DNA from: a virus
Virus record (IMG/VR): IMGVR_UViG_3300021964_000013
Length of the DNA: 64,000 bases
Direction: 5' to 3' (one strand)
Below are positions 21,133 to 30,908 of the stretch, piece after piece. The notes beneath the pieces are model-generated. The model was given only the letters and a program-made list of their open reading frames with translations. It had not been told where the DNA came from and did not search any database. A program made the position numbers and the translations under genes. The stretch's first letter is position 1, and the number at the start of each line of letters is the position of its first letter.

Positions 21133-21980
21133 TATAGACTTAAAATATAATCTCTTAATTTGTCTTTAGGTGACCAACCAAGTCTTTGTAGTGTGTCGTC
21201 ATTCTCTCTACGAGTTTCGAGATAATTTCCGTTTTGGTTTGGTAAGTTAATCTTTTCTAAATCACCGAATCTCTCTTTAAACATCTCAAATACTTCGTTT
21301 ATTGAATAATTCATACCCGTACCAAGTTCCCACGCTTCATTGTGAGACTCGTTACCCATACCAATCCTAACTAAACCATCTACAATATCATCTACGTGGG
21401 TAAAGTCTCTACGTTGTTCACCGTCTGAGACAATGGTGATTGGTTCACCTGTTTTGATCTGATGTCTCCAAATCCCGATTACCGCGGCCCACTTACCATC
21501 AACCAATTCGTTTGGTCCGTAGACATTGTAAAAACGAGCAATCTCGAAGTCACACGAATAAGTTTTCCTATAAAGTCTGAAAATATCTTCACCGAGTTTT
21601 TTGTATGTTGCATAAGGTGAATCTTCGGGGTTGTGCCATTGGGATGATGAACCTGCGTAAACCACTTTAACTTTATGGAATTTAGCCCACTCGGCTACGA
21701 TCTGACAACACTGAGTATTAGACCTAAATGTCTCAACGGGATTATCAAATGATGGTTGTATTCTTGATAATGCGGCCAAGTGGAAACAAAGATCAAATGA
21801 ACCGTTTAGTTCAAATATGTTTTCCACGTCTGTATAGATATAAGTACAACCCTCCACCTCATATTCTTTTAAACCTGTGGATAGGTTATCAATTGATGTG
21901 AGTGTGTGACCCTCACTAATTAATCTCTTAATTAAATTACTCCCTATAAATCCATTACCACCTGTAACTAATATTTTCAT
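21132..21980 (-). CDS. NAD-dependent nucleotide-sugar epimerase/dehydratase
   Basis: ILVTGGNGFIGS, YxxxK (YATYK), FYNVYGP, RDFTHVDD. Confidence 0.92.
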   Translation of the reverse strand: MKILVTGGNGFIGSNLIKRLISEGHTLTSIDNLSTGLKEYEVEGCTYIYTDVENIFELNGSFDLCFHLAALSRIQPSFDNPVETFRSNTQCCQIVAEWAKFHKVKVVYAGSSSQWHNPEDSPYATYKKLGEDIFRLYRKTYSCDFEIARFYNVYGPNELVDGKWAAVIGIWRHQIKTGEPITIVSDGEQRRDFTHVDDIVDGLVRIGMGNESHNEAWELGTGMNYSINEVFEMFKERFGDLEKINLPNQNGNYLETRRENDDTLQRLGWSPKDKLRDYILSL

Positions 21981-23245
21981 TCTTTTTCAACCTTCTTTAA
22001 TTCGGGTAAAACCAATTTTGTTTTTGTTGGTTTTATCTCCTCTTTTATCGATAAACCTTCAAAAATCATTTTTAAATCTTCTGTGGTTTTCTCAAGTGAG
22101 AAGGATTTTATATTGTCCTCTCTTAATTCTTCCGATCTCTCTAAAAAATCATCATATTCTTCTCTTACAACTTTTAAAACTTCAACAACCTCGTTGTAGT
22201 TGGCGGTGAACCATTTCGAACTTTTCATTATGAAATCATCACTTGCACTTTCATGTACTTCAGTCAACTTACCACCCAAAAGAACTGCCTTGTTCATTGG
22301 TAGGAAGTCCTTATGTCCTGACCAATTTGAGGCGATGACAGGTTTACCTGACATGGAGAATTCTAATAATGGTCTACCAAAACCTTCACCCTTTGTTAAT
22401 GTTACCATTGTCTTTACCTTAGGGTGATTATACAGATCATTCATTTCCTTATCCGTTAATTGACCGAAAAGTAGGTATATGGATGGTGGGTTAGAATAAG
22501 ACTGTGTAATCTGTTGAATTTTTTTTCTGAAGTATTCCCTTTGTTTTATCGAGAAAGTAGCTCCTGAGGTCTTTAAAATCAATGCAGGACGATCCTCACC
22601 CTCTTTAAAAGACTCACAGAAACATTTAATCAACATACCAACGTCTTTTCTGTCCTGACCGATATCACCTTTTAACCAATGACCAACAAAAAGGAATGTA
22701 AAATCCTCTTCAATATTTAACTCAAGATCCGATTCCGTTTTATAGTAGGTAGATAGATCAACACCCTCATGTAAAATTTCTATGGGTGTGGTTATCCTAT
22801 GTTGTTTGATTAATTTGCCTGTTACTTTATCGGTTTCATTGTAAACGGTTTGAAGTAAAACATCACGAGAAAAAGTGGATGTTGTAATTACTTTGTCCAT
22901 TCTATTAATCCCATCTACCCACGATTTAGGTGCTGCTGTTGTCTCGATACCAGCGGTGATACCTATGTTATATTTTCCTTTTCTTTGGAATTCGTTTGGT
23001 ACGGTGACCTGAACATAAATTTCGGGTTGTTCATCTAATGAAGTAACAATACTTGATTCAATCCATTGATGGAACAAATCGTTTTCAGGTTCTAATGCAG
23101 TCATTGGAGTATTCCCCCAATTACAACTATCTATTTTAATATCGAATAAATCTAAATCGTATAATGATTTTAGGACATCCCTTGAATGTGATCCGTAACC
23201 ACTTAGTGTTTTAATCGGTCCTCTAAATAATAGTGTTCTCTTCAT
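21977..23245 (-). CDS. Glycosyltransferase family 4 (GT-B)
   Basis: SGYGSHSR, GEGFGRPLLE, PVIASNWSG motifs. Confidence 0.88.
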   Translation of the reverse strand: MKRTLLFRGPIKTLSGYGSHSRDVLKSLYDLDLFDIKIDSCNWGNTPMTALEPENDLFHQWIESSIVTSLDEQPEIYVQVTVPNEFQRKGKYNIGITAGIETTAAPKSWVDGINRMDKVITTSTFSRDVLLQTVYNETDKVTGKLIKQHRITTPIEILHEGVDLSTYYKTESDLELNIEEDFTFLFVGHWLKGDIGQDRKDVGMLIKCFCESFKEGEDRPALILKTSGATFSIKQREYFRKKIQQITQSYSNPPSIYLLFGQLTDKEMNDLYNHPKVKTMVTLTKGEGFGRPLLEFSMSGKPVIASNWSGHKDFLPMNKAVLLGGKLTEVHESASDDFIMKSSKWFTANYNEVVEVLKVVREEYDDFLERSEELREDNIKSFSLEKTTEDLKMIFEGLSIKEEIKPTKTKLVLPELKKVEKE

Positions 23246-24624
23246 TATGTTATTTTATATAAATCAAAATTATTTTTAGGTTCCCACTTATTAAGTGCGG
23301 TTTCAATACCTTTAACCATAGACTCACACATAACTTCACTTGAGAAGTTTTTAATCATGTATTCCCTACCTGAAAGTCCTATTTGTTTTCTTTTATCTCT
23401 ACCCATCTTATGCATTTTTCTAAGTTGGGAAACCACATCATAGTGGTTGATACGATCATCAAAAATATAAGGGGTTGAAGGAGAACCATTTAATGTTATA
23501 GATTTTGGCCAAACAGGTAGAACCCAACTACCCCATGTTAAATTTTTAGGTAGTTTTTGTTCATCATGAAGTGATCCTATTTTAATGTAATCTTTTTCTT
23601 TGATCAATTTTCCGTTCGTCTTAAAACCACATTGATCTTGTAGACCACCGGTAACATTTAAAATTATTGGTGTCCCTGACATGACCGACTCGGCGGTTGT
23701 CAAACCGAAACCTTCGTTGTTTGCAATGTTAATTGTACAATCAACCATATTATAGATTCTATTTAACTTCTCTTGATCGAATTTGTCATTTGTAAATTTC
23801 ACATCATAGTCAGGACATAGTTCATTCACCACTGCAACTAAGTCAGTACCATTCTTATCTACTGACGCAGTGTGCATCAACAACAAACATTTATCTGACT
23901 TATCCTTAGATAATGTGTCACAGAACATTTTATAGGAGTATATAACATCCGCCGGTTGTTTCCTCTTAATGTTTCTGTTGTTATAGAAAAGTATGAAGTC
24001 ATATTCTTTATCGCCGTGGATATACTTCCTCATTTCCTCATCCTCACCTTCAAGAGGTTTGAAGACGTTTTTGTTGATGCCATGAGGGACATAAGATATC
24101 TGCCAATCCTTTAGTTGATTATGTGTAGTTTCCCTATTGGTCTTACCAACCCTATGTACGATACCGTAGGTTTGTTTAGATATACAACCTAACCAATCAC
24201 AAGATTCATAATAATCTCTATTATAATAAGGGTCAGGTAAATCATCCCATATGTGGTAATAGAATATAGGTACTCTCTGTCTTATCTCATGTTCATTATC
24301 ATACAACCACTGCCAGTAGTGTGGGTCAGTAAAATGTAATATCGCATCAGGTTTCTCACTATCAATAAGTTCTCTTAACCTTACTATATTCCCATAACCG
24401 TTACTCGGGTATATTTTAACATTGGCGTCTTTAATACCTGTCTTCTCCCTAACATCAGCGTTAAGGTCAACTACCTTTCCATACTCAGGGTGTTTTATTG
24501 CGGCACCTAATTGGACCCAATCAAATTTGTCAACTGTTCCAATTACAATTTCACGAGACATCGTTGCCACTCCCGATGTCATTCTCATATCATCAGATAG
24601 TAGTAATATCTTCTTCTTCATCAA
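23245..24624 (-). CDS. Glycosyltransferase family 4 (GT-B)
   Basis: NRNIKRKQ, NEGFGLTTAESVMSGTPII, TGGLQDQ motifs. Confidence 0.88.
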   Translation of the reverse strand: MMKKKILLLSDDMRMTSGVATMSREIVIGTVDKFDWVQLGAAIKHPEYGKVVDLNADVREKTGIKDANVKIYPSNGYGNIVRLRELIDSEKPDAILHFTDPHYWQWLYDNEHEIRQRVPIFYYHIWDDLPDPYYNRDYYESCDWLGCISKQTYGIVHRVGKTNRETTHNQLKDWQISYVPHGINKNVFKPLEGEDEEMRKYIHGDKEYDFILFYNNRNIKRKQPADVIYSYKMFCDTLSKDKSDKCLLLMHTASVDKNGTDLVAVVNELCPDYDVKFTNDKFDQEKLNRIYNMVDCTINIANNEGFGLTTAESVMSGTPIILNVTGGLQDQCGFKTNGKLIKEKDYIKIGSLHDEQKLPKNLTWGSWVLPVWPKSITLNGSPSTPYIFDDRINHYDVVSQLRKMHKMGRDKRKQIGLSGREYMIKNFSSEVMCESMVKGIETALNKWEPKNNFDLYKIT

Positions 24625-24828
24625 TTAAAATCTTGATCCACTCACAGCCAAAACGTCGTGATTATCAATCATATCTTTGAAATCTTCGTTGGTGTTGTAT
24701 AGGTCCAACGACCTGTTTACTAATTTTTGGAAATTTACACCATCCGTCTCGATGGTATTGATTCTAAATTGTTTGTACGTATTCTCAATCACATTGACTG
24801 TGGTGAGTTTTGTTTTTGCTTTACTCAT
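24625..24828 (-). CDS. Hypothetical small protein
   Basis: 67-aa ORF leading into the glycosyltransferase operon. Confidence 0.55.
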   Translation of the reverse strand: MSKAKTKLTTVNVIENTYKQFRINTIETDGVNFQKLVNRSLDLYNTNEDFKDMIDNHDVLAVSGSRF

Positions 24829-24923
24829 ATTAGTATATATTTCTATATATATCTTATGATACTAAAAATAGCCACTCAATATAAATTGGTGGCCATTCAT
24901 AGAGTCAATTCGTGATTCTCGAA

Positions 24924-25049
24924 TTACGAATTCTTAACTTCTTGTACCGTAGCCACGATTGGTTGTGTACTATCCTGTTGGTTAGTGGTCGTGGTTTGTT
25001 GGTTAGTGGTTTGTTGAGTCTGATTTTTCTTTTTGCATCCGCATCCCAT
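24924..25049 (-). CDS. Small MGCGCKKK-type protein (41 aa; not in ORF track)
   Basis: Translated by hand: MGCGCKKKNQTQQTTNQQTTTTNQQDSTQPIVATVQEVKNS. Confidence 0.55.
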   Translation of the reverse strand: MGCGCKKKNQTQQTTNQQTTTTNQQDSTQPIVATVQEVKNS

Positions 25050-25074
25050 AATAAAAGTGTTTTAATTATAATTA

Positions 25075-25106
25075 TTTGGTTTATCAAAAAAAATATTTTA
25101 TCTTTG
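25075..25106 (+). promoter_or_regulatory. Bacteroidota housekeeping-type promoter (TTTG-N20-TATCTTTG)
   Basis: Matches the known -33 TTTG / -7 TAnnTTTG consensus, upstream of 25145. Confidence 0.65.
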
Positions 25107-25144
25107 TTAAAGTATAACGAATTTTATTCTTAAAATCAATAGTT

Positions 25145-25522
25145 ATGAGCGAAAAACTCTATGTAAGAAAAGTTGAGAGGTATACTCAATGGGAGGCGTC
25201 CACTCCTGTGGTAGTAGATGTCGAGAAACTTAGAAAGTGTGAACCACCTTATGAAGGTAATTCACCTGAAGAACTTTTGGAATACCTCCAAGAGAACGTA
25301 TATAACAATTACGATTGGTACGAAAACGACACCAATAAAGAAGTGTACGGTGAAGATGATGCATTTAACTTATCGTTGGAAGAGTCCGATTCAGAAGTTT
25401 ACTCAGATAGTCGAGAAAAGTTTGAGGATTCGTGGCTTGAAGTGGGTGTACCTAATGAAGAGTACAGAAAAGTTGGTAGATTTGAATCTAAGGCAGATAA
25501 CATGCCACGTAATGATTGGTAA
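25145..25522 (+). CDS. Hypothetical acidic protein
   Basis: 125-aa ORF after a promoter. Confidence 0.65.
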   Translation: MSEKLYVRKVERYTQWEASTPVVVDVEKLRKCEPPYEGNSPEELLEYLQENVYNNYDWYENDTNKEVYGEDDAFNLSLEESDSEVYSDSREKFEDSWLEVGVPNEEYRKVGRFESKADNMPRNDW

Positions 25523-25527
25523 TTAAG

Positions 25528-25710
25528 ATGGCAAAAGTAGTAAAAATAGAAACCGATTATCGTTTCTACGAAGCGGAACTAACCGATGAACAATTAAAAC
25601 TCTACAAAGAAGACGAAGATAAGTTTTGGGACGAGTTTTGGGATTGGGATGTTGAATTCGAGTTTACTCGAGATAAAGAAGGTGGAACCGACTTTCAAAT
25701 ACAAGAATAA
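25528..25710 (+). CDS. Hypothetical small acidic protein
   Basis: MAKVVKIETDYRFYEAEL..., tightly packed with neighbours. Confidence 0.6.
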   Translation: MAKVVKIETDYRFYEAELTDEQLKLYKEDEDKFWDEFWDWDVEFEFTRDKEGGTDFQIQE

Positions 25711-26274
25711 ATGGCAAATTATTTAAAATGTGTGGTTGAAGTTCACGGTAACGAGGAAACCATTAAGAAACTTGACGAAATGTTATCAACTGTTAAAAAC
25801 GGTGATGTAACATCTTTCGCACAAACATTCTACGATCAAGTAGATGTTACAGAAAATGACGGTGTTTTAAACACATGGTCAATAGATAATTTAGGTCCTA
25901 AGTGGACGTACTTAGAAGATATCATAGGTGATGGTAATTTCATTACTATTTCGGCGTGGTATCCACCGACTAAGTTCTTTACACATTTGTATAAGATGTT
26001 GTCTGAAACTGACCCCGACTTATTTATCGAGGTTGAGTATGAGGATGAATCGTATGATCCAATCGGTGCACTTGTGATTAAAAAAGACAGGGACGGTACA
26101 CCATGTATGTGGCAAGAAGAAGATGAAATGGAGGACCCAACCGCCGAAATGGATTGGGATGATGAGGACTATGATGAGACTCAAGAGAACTTCATGGAAT
26201 CCATCTATGAACGACAACAGGAGTTGAAGAGAGAGTGTCACGACCTCATCGAGACCGACGGTGAACCAATTTAA
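25711..26274 (+). CDS. DUF1281 / YubB ferredoxin-like domain protein
   Basis: WSIDNLGPKW ... FITISAWYPP resembles the W..NWGTKW / F.TAW.PP signature. Confidence 0.55.
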   Translation: MANYLKCVVEVHGNEETIKKLDEMLSTVKNGDVTSFAQTFYDQVDVTENDGVLNTWSIDNLGPKWTYLEDIIGDGNFITISAWYPPTKFFTHLYKMLSETDPDLFIEVEYEDESYDPIGALVIKKDRDGTPCMWQEEDEMEDPTAEMDWDDEDYDETQENFMESIYERQQELKRECHDLIETDGEPI

Positions 26275-26278
26275 TTAG

Positions 26279-26305
26279 AAACCCTCACGAAAGTGGGGGT
26301 TTTTT
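26279..26305 (+). terminator. Rho-independent terminator
   Basis: AACCCTCAC-GAAA-GTGGGGGTT followed by a T run. Confidence 0.8.
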
Positions 26306-26338
26306 AATTACTAAGATATTTATTAGTAAAAAGATATT

Positions 26339-26881
26339 ATGGCATCGATTAAGTACACATTATACTTTGATGGTTGTGACACAACAGTGATCGACAGATT
26401 TAAAAGTATATTTGATTATGTTGAGGGTGATAATTCGTTTAAGGGATATTACCAAATAATTAATGATTTGTTTGGTACTACCCATTCAGAAGAGAATCAT
26501 CCCGATCAAGAATGGATAAACAATAATGTTGGTGTATCAACACTTAACGGTAAAATTGAATTTATCGATATCGACAGTGATACTGTATGTTTAACAATCG
26601 TTTCACCTAACGAATGTATACCATTTATACAATCCTTAATTCAAGACATCAACTTAAATTATAAAGATGATGTAAGAGTTAGTGGTGATTACGAATCATT
26701 TACTTTTGAAACATGTGGTGTTATAGTTGGTGGGGATAACCGAGAGGTTGTAAAACACGTATTTGATATGACAAATTACGATGTTTCGGAAATGGTTGAG
26801 AATTCACAGGCACTCATCAATTGGGGATCCGACCTACTCGATTTTAGATCTCTAAAATATTCAGAGTTTTTAGCCTCTTAA
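26339..26881 (+). CDS. Hypothetical protein, possible divergent paralog of 25711-26274
   Basis: Similar length and motif spacing (EWINNNVG ... VSGDYES...CGVIV); preceded by ATATTTAT. Confidence 0.5.
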   Translation: MASIKYTLYFDGCDTTVIDRFKSIFDYVEGDNSFKGYYQIINDLFGTTHSEENHPDQEWINNNVGVSTLNGKIEFIDIDSDTVCLTIVSPNECIPFIQSLIQDINLNYKDDVRVSGDYESFTFETCGVIVGGDNREVVKHVFDMTNYDVSEMVENSQALINWGSDLLDFRSLKYSEFLAS

Positions 26882-26942
26882 ATTTTATTGGACTTTAAGA
26901 TTTTTTTTTCTTATATTTTAGTAAGTGTCACATCACTACTGA

Positions 26943-27605
26943 ATGATGGAAAAAGAATTTGAAATAGTAAGAACAGTCTACAACTCTAACGAAGAGGTTA
27001 TAACTAATATAATGAACCTCTATGGTATAGAACGATTTGATTTAGATTGTACCTATTCTAAAGGTAAGTTTTGGAAGGGATTGCCCGACCCAACACATAA
27101 GACAGATCTCATTCCACATTTTGACAATGTAAAACAAGCGGATTCCGAAGATCTTCCGTTTGAGGATTCGTCGTTAAATTCTATTATGTACGATCCTCCA
27201 TTTATTATTATGGGTAGAGGTAAAAAATACAAACACGATCTTAATGAGAATAACTCTAAGATGGCCAAGAGATTTGAGGGATATGGTACATATAACGACC
27301 TAACGTCTAATTACTATAACACCCTTAAAGAATTATATCGTATTTGTGATAAAGGTGGTTTTGTTGTCATGAAATGTCAAGACACCGTATCGGGAGGAAA
27401 ACAATACTTTTCACACGTTCATGTTATGAATATGGCATTAAATGTGGGATTCTACCCGAAAGATTTATTCGTATTAACATCTAATGTTAGGATGAATTCA
27501 TTCAATGGAACCAAGTGGAAAAAACAACACCACGCAAGAAAATACCATTCTTACTTTTGGGTCTTCCAAAAAGTTAAACCGAAATTTAATTACGAATTTG
27601 AATAG
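26943..27605 (+). CDS. DNA methyltransferase-like protein (amino-methyltransferase, DPPF motif)
   Basis: DCTYSKGKFW, SIMYDPPF, VMKCQD, HARKYHSYFWVF. Confidence 0.7.
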   Translation: MMEKEFEIVRTVYNSNEEVITNIMNLYGIERFDLDCTYSKGKFWKGLPDPTHKTDLIPHFDNVKQADSEDLPFEDSSLNSIMYDPPFIIMGRGKKYKHDLNENNSKMAKRFEGYGTYNDLTSNYYNTLKELYRICDKGGFVVMKCQDTVSGGKQYFSHVHVMNMALNVGFYPKDLFVLTSNVRMNSFNGTKWKKQHHARKYHSYFWVFQKVKPKFNYEFE

Positions 27606-27934
27606 TAGGGATTGATCTTATCTCCAACTTTGAAATTCTCACATGTACCTGAGGGAAATTCAATAACATGATCCCCAATACCTGAATACCTTTCAGGACA
27701 ATCAATGTCACATGGTTGGCAATCGTGATGAATTCTACTAATCCTATTGTTGTTGACAAACATAATGTCAAGAGGTATTAAACACCTTCTCATCCAAAAA
27801 CGATGGTGACCTTTACCCATGTTAAAGACCATACAACCATTTAGTTCTTTACGACCCATCATACCCTGTTTTATTTGTTCAGGTGTTGTCATGTATTCTG
27901 CGTCAAATACTTGACCATTTACTAATACTCCCAT
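27590..27934 (-). CDS. DUF192 family protein
   Basis: QGMMGR ... MVF ... FWMRRCLIPLDIMF ... VIEFPSG. Confidence 0.8.
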   Translation of the reverse strand: MGVLVNGQVFDAEYMTTPEQIKQGMMGRKELNGCMVFNMGKGHHRFWMRRCLIPLDIMFVNNNRISRIHHDCQPCDIDCPERYSGIGDHVIEFPSGTCENFKVGDKINPYYSNS

Positions 27935-27946
27935 ACCAATAATTAT

Positions 27947-27975
27947 TTGACAATGATAATTAATTTCCGTATATT
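27947..27975 (+). promoter_or_regulatory. Sigma70-like promoter TTGACA-N17-TATATT
   Basis: Near-consensus boxes with exact 17-nt spacer, upstream of 27984. Confidence 0.7.
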
Positions 27976-27983
27976 AAGTAGTA

Positions 27984-28331
27984 ATGAAAATAAATGATCT
28001 TTTGATTGGTATGGGGTTATTCGCGGTAGCACATACCTTAACGTTTTATCAACTTAATGGGCAGTTCATATCTAAGTGGTTTCAGAAGTATGAATGGTTT
28101 GTCATTGGGTTCGGTGCGATATTATCTATATTTTATGTATGGGGTACGAGGTATGCGGTTTCAGGTACGGGGGGTTTATTATGGCCCGCGAGGTTTATTG
28201 GTTTTGGTATTGGGATGCTACTTTATGCGGTGTTAGTTAATTATCATTTTAGTGAGGGTATTAATATGAAAACCATGATAAGTCTCCTTTTATGTTTAAC
28301 CCTAATTTGTATTCAGGTTTTTTGGAAATGA
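27984..28331 (+). CDS. Small membrane protein
   Basis: Four hydrophobic segments. Confidence 0.65.
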   Translation: MKINDLLIGMGLFAVAHTLTFYQLNGQFISKWFQKYEWFVIGFGAILSIFYVWGTRYAVSGTGGLLWPARFIGFGIGMLLYAVLVNYHFSEGINMKTMISLLLCLTLICIQVFWK

Positions 28332-28762
28332 GAAAGTGGGTGGTTGACATAACGAACTTTGAGTATACAAAATACAAAGACGTACACCAAGTATTAAACC
28401 CAAATTATGCAGATCTAAGGAGGGAGATCATGTCCTTTAATGATGAAATTAAATGGGATGGTATGTGGACTCACTACGATGCCATTGAGAGACTCTCCAA
28501 GGGTTGGGTTCTAATCGGATTATTTGTTAACTATCAGATCAAAGGTTGGGTTTGGTTGGACACCAATAAAAATTTATTATGTAATCTATACGTAAATAAA
28601 TCATATAGGAATTTTTATAATGCAAAGAAACTCGTATTAACTCTAATGAGGGTTGCTCACGAAATGGGGTTCACTGAACTCCATACGGAAATTGATACGT
28701 GGAATGGTAGAAGTGAATTAATAGCAATAAAAACAGGTTGGAAATTACAGAATGAACATTAA
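28328..28762 (+). CDS. GNAT-family acetyltransferase-like protein
   Basis: NLYVNKSYRN ... N.RS......K.GW pattern; ATGA overlap with the upstream gene. Confidence 0.6.
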   Translation: MRKWVVDITNFEYTKYKDVHQVLNPNYADLRREIMSFNDEIKWDGMWTHYDAIERLSKGWVLIGLFVNYQIKGWVWLDTNKNLLCNLYVNKSYRNFYNAKKLVLTLMRVAHEMGFTELHTEIDTWNGRSELIAIKTGWKLQNEH

Positions 28763-29798
28763 CGAAATTGATAAAAAATACCAAGACTTATTAGTTGATA
28801 TAATAACTAATGGTAAGGATAAAAAGGACAGGACCGGTACAGGTACTCGTTCTGTGTTTGGTCGTCAGATTAGACACGATATGAAAGATGGTTTCCCACT
28901 TCTCACAACAAAGAAGATGGCAGTCAAAACTATGATGACCGAATTGAAGTGGTTCTTAAAAGGAGACACCAACATCAAATATTTGGTGGATAACGGATGT
29001 AACATTTGGAATGGTGATGCTTTCAAAAACTATATTAGTAAGACTAACGAGTATAAAGGTAATTGGCCTGATACTATGGAGGAGTTTATTGAACGAATCA
29101 AAACCGATCATGAGTTTGCAGAGAAATGGGGTGAGTTAGGCCCAATTTATGGTAAACAATGGAGAGATTGGACTGAATACTATGTTGAGAAATTAAATGG
29201 TGGTAATCCTATTATAGTTGAGAGAACTAAAGACCAAATCGAAAACCTTATCAACGACCTTAAAACAAATCCGGATTCTCGTAGACATTTAGTATCTGCT
29301 TGGAATGTTGGTGATATGGATGAAATGGTTCTACCACCGTGCCACTACGGATTCCAAATATACACGAGGGAATTGAATTTAGATGAGAGAATAGATTACT
29401 ATAATGGTAGTTCAGATCCACTTAACAGATCTTCAGATTATTTTGATTGGCACATGGACGTATACAATGTTCCTAAGAGGGAGATTTCATTGATGTGGAA
29501 TCAAAGAAGTGTGGATACTTTTTTAGGGTTACCCTTTAACATTGCATCTTACGCAACACTGTTAATGTTACTTGCAGAAGAACTCAATATGGTTCCCGGT
29601 GAAATCATTGGTAATCTTGGGGACACCCATTTGTATGTAAATCATTTAGATCAAGCGCAAGAACAAATTGATAGGGATCCCCACCCTTACCTACCAACAT
29701 TGAAGTTAAGTAATGTAGACATCCTAAATGGGGAGTTCGACTATGAAGTTCTACATTACCATTCACACCCACCGATTAAGGCACCACTGAGTAATTAA
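28752..29798 (+). CDS. thyA: Thymidylate synthase
   Basis: DRTGTGT, FPLLTTKK, LGPIYGKQWR, LPPCH, QRSVDTFLGLPFNIASY. Confidence 0.97.
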   Translation: MNINEIDKKYQDLLVDIITNGKDKKDRTGTGTRSVFGRQIRHDMKDGFPLLTTKKMAVKTMMTELKWFLKGDTNIKYLVDNGCNIWNGDAFKNYISKTNEYKGNWPDTMEEFIERIKTDHEFAEKWGELGPIYGKQWRDWTEYYVEKLNGGNPIIVERTKDQIENLINDLKTNPDSRRHLVSAWNVGDMDEMVLPPCHYGFQIYTRELNLDERIDYYNGSSDPLNRSSDYFDWHMDVYNVPKREISLMWNQRSVDTFLGLPFNIASYATLLMLLAEELNMVPGEIIGNLGDTHLYVNHLDQAQEQIDRDPHPYLPTLKLSNVDILNGEFDYEVLHYHSHPPIKAPLSN

Positions 29799-29799
29799 A

Positions 29800-30219
29800 A
29801 TGCAGTTAATAACCACACACCCAATTAAAAAATCCGACTTAGGTTTTCATGCCAACCTTTTCGGGGGTAAATTATTAGCATGGTTGGATGCTGCAGGTGC
29901 GGCATATGCAATGGAAATATGTGACACACCACGAATGGTCACCGTGATGATCGATAAGTGTATTTTTAAGAAACCGGCAAAAGAGGGACAACTTATAAAG
30001 ATATACGGTAAAGTGGTTCATGTGGGGAATAGTTCAATAACCTTTTACTTAGAGGCAAGAGCTCATAATGTTTATTCGGGACAACAAACTGTTATACTAC
30101 AAACTAACATAAGATTCGTTAGGATCGATGAGAATGGAGATCCTGTACCAATATCAGAAAAAGTCAAAAACAAATATGGATTACAATCAGAAATTAAACC
30201 AACTGAGAAAGAAGATTGA
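29800..30219 (+). CDS. Acyl-CoA thioesterase (hotdog fold)
   Basis: NLFGGKLLAWLDAAG, MVTV, VGNSS, FVRIDENG.P. Confidence 0.85.
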   Translation: MQLITTHPIKKSDLGFHANLFGGKLLAWLDAAGAAYAMEICDTPRMVTVMIDKCIFKKPAKEGQLIKIYGKVVHVGNSSITFYLEARAHNVYSGQQTVILQTNIRFVRIDENGDPVPISEKVKNKYGLQSEIKPTEKED

Positions 30220-30463
30220 TGAAGCAGATGATGAGATATACTCATCAATCTTAAGACGTAGTTTATTAACATCCTTAATAGGGGAACTTAAAAAGGAACA
30301 CGGTATCACCGAGATGTGTGAGAATAGACGAAGAGAGATATATGATAAACTGAAGGATAGGTGTATTGAAGATGGACTACCTGTCTCGTTAATTGAGTCC
30401 GTTTATGATATCTTATTTGATCAATCAATGTTAGAACAAACCCTTATTATATATGATAAGTGA
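30176..30463 (+). CDS. Chorismate mutase (AroQ / type II)
   Basis: LNQLRKKIDEADDEI....RR......IGELKK ... RRREI pattern; ends S..EQ. Confidence 0.7.
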   Translation: MDYNQKLNQLRKKIDEADDEIYSSILRRSLLTSLIGELKKEHGITEMCENRRREIYDKLKDRCIEDGLPVSLIESVYDILFDQSMLEQTLIIYDK

Positions 30464-30686
30464 AACAATAGACTTACATGGTATGAGGAGAGAGGAGGCG
30501 TTCCTCTATGTCGAAGATGAACTTTTAAGAAGATCTAATTTAGGATCATTCGCAATAACCATCATTACCGGTAACAGTAAAGCAATGAGAGATGGTGTAA
30601 TTAAAGTGTGTGATAAGCATGGATTTGATTATGTCGTCCCAAGTTATAATATGGGACAACTTAGTGTGACCTACTTATCGATCTAA
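30453..30686 (+). CDS. Smr domain protein
   Basis: IDLHGMRREEA, ITIITGNS, N.G motifs. Confidence 0.75.
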   Translation: MISETIDLHGMRREEAFLYVEDELLRRSNLGSFAITIITGNSKAMRDGVIKVCDKHGFDYVVPSYNMGQLSVTYLSI

Positions 30687-30824
30687 TTATTTCCCCTGTC
30701 CTCTATATTTCTTCTTGTAGTTTGAAGAGTTTTTAAGTTTAGAAGTCTTAGTCTTTGCATGGACTCCCGGTCTCTTTCTACCACCTTTAGAACGAAATGT
30801 TGAGTTTGATGTAATCTTAGCCAT
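30687..30824 (-). CDS. Small basic phage protein ending YRGQGK (45 aa; not in ORF track)
   Basis: MAKITSNSTFRSKGGRKRPGVHAKTKTSKLKNSSNYKKKYRGQGK; GTATTTAT motif upstream on the minus strand. Confidence 0.65.
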   Translation of the reverse strand: MAKITSNSTFRSKGGRKRPGVHAKTKTSKLKNSSNYKKKYRGQGK

Positions 30825-30908
30825 TTAAATAATAATATCCCATAAATACTTCCTATTTTTTAGAAGGAACACTACACAAATATTTTTTTTTCCTCTACAT
30901 TTTAGTAG

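Noticed and set aside
24905-25133. ORF-track entries 24905-25087(-) and 24912-25133(+)
   Set aside because: They overlap a promoter region and the more plausible MGCGC ORF; no recognisable features
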